In this document: positions 38,506 to 43,803 of the stretch, piece after piece
Position numbering within the stretch: the stretch's first letter is position 1
Layout of the letters: each line of letters opens with the position of its first letter
Virus record (IMG/VR): IMGVR_UViG_3300048598_000512
Location: 1 to 43,803 of that record
DNA from: a virus
Taxonomy: Duplodnaviria > Caudoviricetes
DNA: 43,803 nt
Strand: one strand, 5' to 3'
The notes under the pieces: generated by a model
What the model was told of the DNA's origin: nothing
What the model saw: the letters and a program-made list of their open reading frames with translations, nothing else
The model's database searches: none
Program-made: the position numbers and the translations under genes

Positions 38506-38850
38506 ATGCAATACCGCGATTACATCTTGACGGACTTGGGCTTTTTCGATCCTGAAACCGGCGAACACAGGAACAGCATCGAGGGCCTGGACAACCAGAC
38601 GCCCGGCCAGTTGTTCCGACATGCGGGCATTGAGGGGCAGCCCAGCAACGCCTTGCGCATCATCGACATCCCCGGCGAAAGCCCGAAGACCAAGTGCCTG
38701 GGGCTCATCGCGGACGACGCGACGCCCGACGCCGGCGGCACGGAGATCGCCGCGGCCGACGTGCCGGCGCTGCTGGTGGCCGAGTACGGCTGGCCCGAGG
38801 GCACGGCCCTGGGCGAGGACGGGATGCCGGTGTGGCCGGCCACCCTCTAA
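38506..38850 (+). CDS. Hypothetical protein (possible fibre assembly factor)
   Basis: AGGAG SD, 114 aa acidic. Confidence 0.65.
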   Translation: MQYRDYILTDLGFFDPETGEHRNSIEGLDNQTPGQLFRHAGIEGQPSNALRIIDIPGESPKTKCLGLIADDATPDAGGTEIAAADVPALLVAEYGWPEGTALGEDGMPVWPATL

Positions 38851-38942
38851 GGCCCTTCCTCCCCCTGTCTGGCCCGTCCCGGCCCTGGCGCTTTCGCCGG
38901 GGCGGGCCTTTACCTGCGCCCACCACCCTTGAAGGGAACCAA

Positions 38943-39272
38943 ATGGAAGCACTCCTCTCGCAGTACGGTATCGCTGGCCTCCAGGTGGGCCTTCTCGGGC
39001 TCTTGGGCTGGTTCGCGAAACGTGAATTCGATGCCTCCAAGAAGGCCCAGGCGGAAGCCAAGGCGTTGCAGACGGAGGCCAACGAGGCCCACGCCAAGAA
39101 GCTCGACAAGGTCTACAGCCGCATGGACTGCTTCGAGGCCTCGCAGCACGCCTGCCAGCTCGCCAACGCGAAGGACTTCGCCACGAAAGAGGAGCTGGGC
39201 AAGGTCTGGGAACACACGGACCGCAACAGCTCCGACATCGCCCGGATTCAGGGCGTTCTGGATAAAAAGTAA
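38943..39272 (+). CDS. Single-TM coiled-coil protein at the start of the lysis cassette (holin/antiholin-like)
   Basis: AAGGGA SD; YGIAGLQVGLLGLLGWF then coiled coil. Confidence 0.6.
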   Translation: MEALLSQYGIAGLQVGLLGLLGWFAKREFDASKKAQAEAKALQTEANEAHAKKLDKVYSRMDCFEASQHACQLANAKDFATKEELGKVWEHTDRNSSDIARIQGVLDKK

Positions 39273-39296
39273 CCACCAAAACACCGGAGGTTCCGA

Positions 39297-39656
39297 ATGG
39301 AACGCATCAAGGCTCTCATCATCATGGCCACCGCCTGGCTGTTCAGCAAGCTCCCGCGCATGACCTGGACCGCCCTGGCCGCCAGCGCCGCGCTCGTCGG
39401 CCTCTACATCATCGCCCCGCACCGCATGGAGTTGGCGCTCTACAAGGTGAGCTTCGTGCCCCTGGCTGGCGTGGTCGCGTACTGGACCTGGCGGGAGCTC
39501 TTCCCCGACTGCCGTCCCAGCAAGTTTCTGTCGCCACCGGACGCGGACGGTTGGCGGGCCATCAAGCCCGGGTGCGAACGGCTCTACCTCTTTGCGGTTT
39601 CGGGCCAGGTGGTGATGATCGTCGCGGGCATGGCCTGCATGGCGGTGGGGCTGTGA
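39297..39656 (+). CDS. Putative holin (2/3-TM family)
   Basis: Three hydrophobic segments, LYKVS..LAGVVAYW..R.LFP; upstream of the endolysin. Confidence 0.78.
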   Translation: MERIKALIIMATAWLFSKLPRMTWTALAASAALVGLYIIAPHRMELALYKVSFVPLAGVVAYWTWRELFPDCRPSKFLSPPDADGWRAIKPGCERLYLFAVSGQVVMIVAGMACMAVGL

Positions 39657-40303
39657 CCCTGCGGCAGCCCTCGGACACCGTCAAGGCGCTGCTGCTGGCC
39701 ATAGGCACTATCGTGACCCTGTTGGCCGTGTGTGCGCCTTTCGCCAACGCTGAGGGCGTTCCCCGGGCCGCCGAGCAGTATCGGCGCGACCTCACCCGGT
39801 CTGCGCAGTATGTCTTCGGCCTGGGGGCCCCCGTGGCCGTCCTGGCGGCCCAGGTGCACCAGGAATCCGGGTGGAACACCAACGCCCACAGCGCCTACGC
39901 CGCAGGCCTGGCGCAGTTCACCCCGGCGACCGCGAAGGACATGGCCAGGCTCTACCCCACCGATCTGCGCAATCCGGTGCCGACCAACCCGACCTGGGCG
40001 CTTCTGGCCCTCTGCCGGTATGACCTTCAACTCTACAGCGCCTGCGGCTATGCGGCCACCGACCTGGACCGCTGGGCATTCACGCTCAGCGGCTACAACG
40101 GCGGCCCCGGCTGGGTGACGCGTGACCGCGCCAAGGCCAGGGCGCAGGGCCTGGACCCTGCTTTTTGGTGGGACAGCGTCGAGAAGGTCAACGCCGGCCG
40201 AGCGCCGGAGTTCTGGAAAGAGAACCGGGGCTACCCCCGGCGCATCCTGCTGTTGCTCCTGCCGGTCTACGTCAAGGACGGGTGGGGGAAAGGAGTTCGA
40301 TGA
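39653..40303 (+). CDS. Endolysin, lytic transglycosylase (SLT) with N-terminal signal/SAR segment
   Basis: AQVHQES, GLAQFTPAT, YNGGPG, ENRGYP; GTG overlaps the holin stop. Confidence 0.9.
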   Translation: MTLRQPSDTVKALLLAIGTIVTLLAVCAPFANAEGVPRAAEQYRRDLTRSAQYVFGLGAPVAVLAAQVHQESGWNTNAHSAYAAGLAQFTPATAKDMARLYPTDLRNPVPTNPTWALLALCRYDLQLYSACGYAATDLDRWAFTLSGYNGGPGWVTRDRAKARAQGLDPAFWWDSVEKVNAGRAPEFWKENRGYPRRILLLLLPVYVKDGWGKGVR

Positions 40304-40890
40304 TGTGGAGTCTGCTCAAAGCCTTCGGCGGGTCGGCCTGGTCCTGGCTGACCGGCAACCTGACGTTGGTGCTCATCATCCTGGCCCTGGCCGGGACCCT
40401 GGGCGGGGTCTGGTGGGGCTGGTCCCACGGCTCAGCCAGCGCCCGCAATGAGCTGCAGGCCGAGTACCAGAAGAACCTGGCCGACGCCACGCGCGAGGCC
40501 ATGACCAAGCAACAGGCCGCCCAGGTGTTCGCCAATGGCCTGGCTTCCGAGCTCATCACCACGAAGCGCGCCATCGAGGCGCAGCGCGCGAGCCTGCGCG
40601 GGAGGATCGTCTATGTCACGCGTGAGATTCCTGCTGATTGTGGCCTGCCTCCTGATGCTGTCCGCTTGTGGAACGCGGCCCGGCGCCTGTCCGCCCCCGG
40701 TCTGTCCCAAGCCGGTGCCCCCGGCCGAGCTGATGGACCGGCCGCCCCCGCCGCCTCTTCTGGCCCCGGGCAGGGCAACGCAACCGTAGCCGACGCCATC
40801 GCCGACCACGTGGACTACGTGAGCTGGTGCGAAGGCGTGGTGGCCCAGCGAGACAGGCTCCAGGACCTGATCAGGGGGTGGACGCAATGA
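40300..40890 (+). CDS. Inner-membrane spanin (Rz-like)
   Basis: N-terminal TM, coiled coil, AAGGAG SD, follows the endolysin. Confidence 0.75.
   Translation: MMWSLLKAFGGSAWSWLTGNLTLVLIILALAGTLGGVWWGWSHGSASARNELQAEYQKNLADATREAMTKQQAAQVFANGLASELITTKRAIEAQRASLRGRIVYVTREIPADCGLPPDAVRLWNAARRLSAPGLSQAGAPGRADGPAAPAASSGPGQGNATVADAIADHVDYVSWCEGVVAQRDRLQDLIRGWTQ
40613..40789 (+). CDS. Outer-membrane spanin lipoprotein (Rz1-like), embedded in an alternative frame
   Basis: GGAGGA SD; MSRVRFLLIVACLLMLSAC lipobox; Pro-rich mature part. Confidence 0.82.
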   Translation: MSRVRFLLIVACLLMLSACGTRPGACPPPVCPKPVPPAELMDRPPPPPLLAPGRATQP

Positions 40891-41108
40891 GCGACATCGT
40901 CGACCAGGCCCAAGAGGCCGAGATGCAACTGCGCGCCGAAGCCCTGGACCGCATGCGCGCGCGGCCCCCGGAACCGGGGCCCCTGTTCATCGGTGGAGTG
41001 GCGTGTTGCCTGGACTGCCAGGAGCCGATCCTGTCCGCCAGGATCAAGGCCAAGCCCGGCTGTAGCCGATGCGTGACGTGTCAGAGCGTGCAGGAAGAAA
41101 GAGGCTGA
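40887..41108 (+). CDS. TraR/DksA C4-type zinc-finger protein
   Basis: MSDIVDQAQE (DxxDxA), CLDC..I..AR.KA.PGC.RCVTCQ. Confidence 0.9.
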   Translation: MSDIVDQAQEAEMQLRAEALDRMRARPPEPGPLFIGGVACCLDCQEPILSARIKAKPGCSRCVTCQSVQEERG

Positions 41109-41119
41109 GCTTGAGACCG

Positions 41120-41243
41120 CCAGGGGGGCCGTGAGGCCCCCACTGGCTTGGAGTGGAGAGGCAGGGGCGCGCGAACGCCCCCACTGGCCCGGTGTTCGAG
41201 CATCGGACCACGGCCGAAACCGCTCTCCGGCCCGTGCACGGGT
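41120..41243 (-). ncRNA. Candidate cloverleaf antisense RNA upstream of com
   Basis: Stem 41155-41160/41223-41228 closes three hairpins; flanking hairpins at 41120-41146 and 41231-41242; minus-strand promoter upstream. Confidence 0.5.
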
Positions 41244-41249
41244 TGCCGG

Positions 41250-41279
41250 GGTATAGCAGCGGTCAGGCACTACCGTCAA
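41250..41279 (-). promoter_or_regulatory. Candidate sigma70 promoter antisense to the late operon
   Basis: TTGACG-N18-TATACC with TG extended -10 on the minus strand. Confidence 0.55.
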
Positions 41280-41286
41280 AGGTATC

Positions 41287-41475
41287 ATGGAGAAGGAGAT
41301 TCGCTGCGGGAAATGTAACCGTCTTCTGGCCAGGGGCGAGGCCCTGGTGCTCACCATCAAATGCCCGCGCTGCGGGCAGTTCAACCACGTGAGGGCCCAG
41401 AGCCCCGGCCGAGAGCTGCATGGACAGCCGAACGCCCTGGAGGCTCAATGTGGCTCTACATCCCCAAGGACTTGA
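41287..41475 (+). CDS. com: Mu Com-like zinc-finger translational regulator
   Basis: EIRCGKCNRLLA...IKCPRCGQFN; stop overlaps the start of a DNA-modification gene as in Mu com-mom. Confidence 0.88.
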   Translation: MEKEIRCGKCNRLLARGEALVLTIKCPRCGQFNHVRAQSPGRELHGQPNALEAQCGSTSPRT

Positions 41476-42329
41476 TGGAATCGCCCTCTGCGCCGGAGCG
41501 GGAGGGCTCGAACTCGGCCTGCACATCGCCGAGCCCGGATACCGGTCTGTTTGCTTCGTCGAGCGGGACGCACACGCTGCGGCCACTCTCGTGGCTAGGA
41601 TGGCAGACCAGGCCCTGGATGAAGCTCCTGTGTGGTCTGACGTGCGATCCTTCGACGCTCGCCCGTGGCGTGGCTGCGTGGATATCCTCACTGCGGGATA
41701 CCCGTGCCAGCCGTTTAGCTTCGCCGGAAAGCGCCTGGGCGAAGCCGACCCCCGGCACCTCTGGCCGGACATCGCCCGGATCATCGGCGAGCTCGCCCCC
41801 GAGTGGGTCTTCTGCGAAAACGTCGTCGGCCACCTTCACATGGGATTCCCGGATGTCGCCCGAGACCTTGAAGGCCTGGGCTACCGGGTTGCTGCGGGCG
41901 TGTTTTCGGCGCGAGAAGTCGGCGCGGGCCACCATCGGCGGCGACTCTTCATCCTGGCCCACGCCGACGGCGGTCTGGTTCAAGTACGAGATCGGAGTGA
42001 CGGTGGGGGCAGGGCGCCTGAAGTTCGAGGCGAAGCACCAAAACCAGCTGGGCGGCGCGGCGATCTCCTGGACCCTGTTCTGGAACCTGCTGCACTCGAC
42101 CCTGGGCATGGATCTGGTGAGGAGCCTCGCGATCTACCCCTCTTCGCCCCAGACCCAGGTGACATTGCGGCCTGGTCCGACGTCTTCCTGCGCGACCCTG
42201 AACTTAAACCCGCGCTTCCTGGAGATGTTGATGGGGTGGCCGGATGGCTGGACCGACAGCGCCTCGCCGGTAACGGGGTTTGCCCTCTGGCTGCAGCGCT
42301 CGCGTTGCGCACTCTCTCGGCTGTGCTGA
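41448..42329 (+). CDS. Overlapping-frame C5 methyltransferase beta polypeptide (motif IX), EcoHK31I-like
   Basis: Open frame across the alpha gene with WPTPTA and LNPRFLEMLMGWPDGWT; ATG at 41448 after GGAGG; true start could be internal. Confidence 0.7.
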   Translation: MWLYIPKDLMESPSAPEREGSNSACTSPSPDTGLFASSSGTHTLRPLSWLGWQTRPWMKLLCGLTCDPSTLARGVAAWISSLRDTRASRLASPESAWAKPTPGTSGRTSPGSSASSPPSGSSAKTSSATFTWDSRMSPETLKAWATGLLRACFRREKSARATIGGDSSSWPTPTAVWFKYEIGVTVGAGRLKFEAKHQNQLGGAAISWTLFWNLLHSTLGMDLVRSLAIYPSSPQTQVTLRPGPTSSCATLNLNPRFLEMLMGWPDGWTDSASPVTGFALWLQRSRCALSRLC

Positions 42330-42361
42330 TGGGCTTGCCTGACGACGGCGCGATGTCCTAG
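41450..42361 (+). CDS. C5 DNA methyltransferase, alpha polypeptide (motifs I-VIII and X)
   Basis: ALCAGAGG, VERD, DILTAGYPCQPFS, ENV, HHRRRLF, RLAGNGVCP; GTG at 41450 after GGAGG (upstream ATG at 41420 also in frame). Confidence 0.9.
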   Translation: MALHPQGLDGIALCAGAGGLELGLHIAEPGYRSVCFVERDAHAAATLVARMADQALDEAPVWSDVRSFDARPWRGCVDILTAGYPCQPFSFAGKRLGEADPRHLWPDIARIIGELAPEWVFCENVVGHLHMGFPDVARDLEGLGYRVAAGVFSAREVGAGHHRRRLFILAHADGGLVQVRDRSDGGGRAPEVRGEAPKPAGRRGDLLDPVLEPAALDPGHGSGEEPRDLPLFAPDPGDIAAWSDVFLRDPELKPALPGDVDGVAGWLDRQRLAGNGVCPLAAALALRTLSAVLMGLPDDGAMS

Positions 42362-42367
42362 AAACAG

Positions 42368-42396
42368 AGGGGGCAGGGTTGACCTGTCCCCTTTTT
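42368..42396 (+). terminator. Intrinsic terminator at the end of the prophage late operon
   Basis: AGGGGGCAGG-GTTGA-CCTGTCCCCT-TTTT. Confidence 0.75.
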
Positions 42397-42479
42397 CACA
42401 GCCAGGTCGTGAGCAGGGGGAACGGTGGGGAAACGTCGAACTCGATGCGCGCAATCAGCCCCTTGTGGTCTGCAAGATT

Positions 42480-42500
42480 TAAAGCCGTATCCCTGCGGCT
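42480..42500. other. Right prophage-host junction (att site), approximate
   Basis: ComM motif NPCPCGY reads KPYPCGY; ComM similarity begins abruptly here. Confidence 0.7.
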
Positions 42501-42973
42501 ATCTGACCGACGACCGCCACGTGTGCTCCTGCCAGCCGCTGGCCATCCAGCGCTACCGTTCGCGCATCTCCGGCCCGCTCATGGACCGCATCGACCTGCA
42601 GGTGGAGGTACCGGCCGTGCCCTACGAGGACTTGCGCGCCCCGCGCGGCGGGCGCAGCTCGGCGGACATGCGCGCGGGCATCCTGCGCGTGCGGGCCGTG
42701 CAGGCCGAACGCTACCAGGGCGAGCGCATCCGCACCAACGCGGACCTCACAGGCTCGCTTCTGGAACGCTGGTGCGCCGTGGGCGAGGCGGAGCAGAAAT
42801 TTCTGGAGCGGGCCGTGCACCGCCTGGGCCTTTCGGCCCGGGCCTACACGCGCGTGCTGCGCATCGCCCGCACCATCGCGGACATGGAAGGCCGGGAGCG
42901 CCTGGAGATCGGCCAGCTGGCCGAGGCCATCAACTTCCGCACCATGGACCGGGTCAACGCGCCGGAGGGATGA
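42491..42973 (+). pseudogene. comM: 3' part of comM/yifB (Mg-chelatase-like AAA+ helicase), interrupted by the prophage
   Basis: PCGY..C.C....RYRSRISGPLMDRIDL, LGLSARAYTRVLRIARTIAD, EAINFR; N-terminal two thirds absent. Confidence 0.92.
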
Positions 42974-43170
42974 CCCTTGCACCCGTTGACTGATTACGGC
43001 CGAATTCTCCGCTTGACCGCGAACAGCCTCCCGCCGCGCTGAAACGCCCGGCCCAGCCGCAGGGCCAGCCCCGGCCGGCACCACACGATGAAATGGCTGG
43101 CCTGCGACGCCAGCCGCCTGGAGAGGCCTCCCCGCACGGACGGATCAGACGGGGCCGGATGTTGTTCCGT

Positions 43171-43803
43171 CTAGACCCTGATAACGATCTTGCCCAGGAT
43201 GGCGCTCAGCTCCGACTCGCTGCACACGTACTTGTGGGTGTACGTGTACGTCTTGCCTTCCACCTCCACAGTGCCCACGCCAGGAGCCGGGTCCGTGGCG
43301 ATGTCGACGACCTGGGTCTTCGGATTGGTGACAATCTGCTGCCACAGCGGCTTCAGGTCGTGCTCGCCGCCCTTGCTGTCCTTGACCTTGGCGCCGTCGT
43401 TCAGGATCCTGCCGCCGTCCTTGAACACCACGAAGATAGGCGCGACGCTCTTCTCAGTGATGATGCGCTGGTACCAGTTGAATTCCTCCCAGCACCAGTT
43501 GGACCTGAGCCAGGGCTCGGAGATCAGGAAGACCATGTACTGGCAATTATCCATGGCGCTGCCGTAGTACTGCTTCCAGAACTCGTTGCTCATCTTCCAG
43601 ATGCCGAGCTTGTCATCCCAGGTGTACCGCGTGGCCTGGTCCTCGCGCAGGGATTCCGCGTCGAGGTAGACGAAGGTCGGGTCATCCAGAAACTGTTTGC
43701 CGTACTTGGCCATGATGTTCCGGCGCAGCTCCATGGCGAACTCGAATCCGCCGGCGGCCGCTCCGAAGCTCAGCACAACGCGTGTCTTGGTAAAATCCGG
43801 CAT
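43171..43803 (-). CDS. TIR domain-like protein (host side)
   Basis: VVLSF, VYLD, MVFLISEPWLRSNWCWEEF (S..S.WC..E pattern), IFVVF. Confidence 0.72.
   Translation of the reverse strand: MPDFTKTRVVLSFGAAAGGFEFAMELRRNIMAKYGKQFLDDPTFVYLDAESLREDQATRYTWDDKLGIWKMSNEFWKQYYGSAMDNCQYMVFLISEPWLRSNWCWEEFNWYQRIITEKSVAPIFVVFKDGGRILNDGAKVKDSKGGEHDLKPLWQQIVTNPKTQVVDIATDPAPGVGTVEVEGKTYTYTHKYVCSESELSAILGKIVIRV

Larger units (their letters stand above)
1..42490. mobile_element. Temperate prophage (myovirus-type tail, lambdoid control region); left end and integrase outside the window; inserted in comM
   Basis: Contiguous repressor/cro, replication, terminase, portal, capsid, sheath, baseplate and lysis genes; ends at a 5'-truncated comM fragment. 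Confidence 0.95.

Noticed and set aside
36329-38850. Diversity-generating retroelement or invertible tail-fibre switch
   Set aside because: No reverse transcriptase, template/variable repeat pair, invertase or flanking inverted repeats were seen in the window.
41155-41228. Cloverleaf as a tRNA gene
   Set aside because: Arm sizes do not fit, and there is no properly placed T-loop, 7-nt anticodon loop or CCA context.
41450-42361. Methyltransferase as a frameshifted pseudogene
   Set aside because: Motifs IX and X overlap in different frames of the same DNA and both frames stay open throughout, which matches the EcoHK31I-type arrangement rather than decay.

Overview
About 42.5 kb of this 43.8 kb GC-rich window is a temperate, contractile-tailed (myovirus-type) prophage. 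Its left end and integrase lie outside the window. Its right end abuts the 3' remnant of a disrupted comM/yifB gene (junction near 42488), which is followed by a host TIR-like gene. Gene order is lambdoid: (1) a leftward early operon (DUF4942-like protein, repeat-expanded C5 DNA methyltransferase, dNMP kinase, 9-aa-repeat protein) behind a highly structured leader; (2) an immunity region with cI/cro, two matching operator-promoter blocks, and two cargo genes (membrane protein and exported PLD/Nuc nuclease); (3) a recombination/replication module followed by an iteron-like repeat cluster; (4) RusA and a Q-position regulator; (5) head, tail, baseplate and lysis genes; (6) a terminal module with a TraR-like Zn finger, a cloverleaf antisense-RNA candidate, a Com-like Zn finger and a dual-frame C5 methyltransferase locus. 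The most notable items are the dual-frame methyltransferase whose two subunits appear to share one RBS and an overlapping ATG/GTG start, its Com/antisense-RNA control region, the exported nuclease combined with comM disruption, the HCASTG-xx-A repeat array, and the 7-repeat methyltransferase. All calls come from motif recognition and gene order; no database searches were run. A Desulfovibrio-like host is only an impression.
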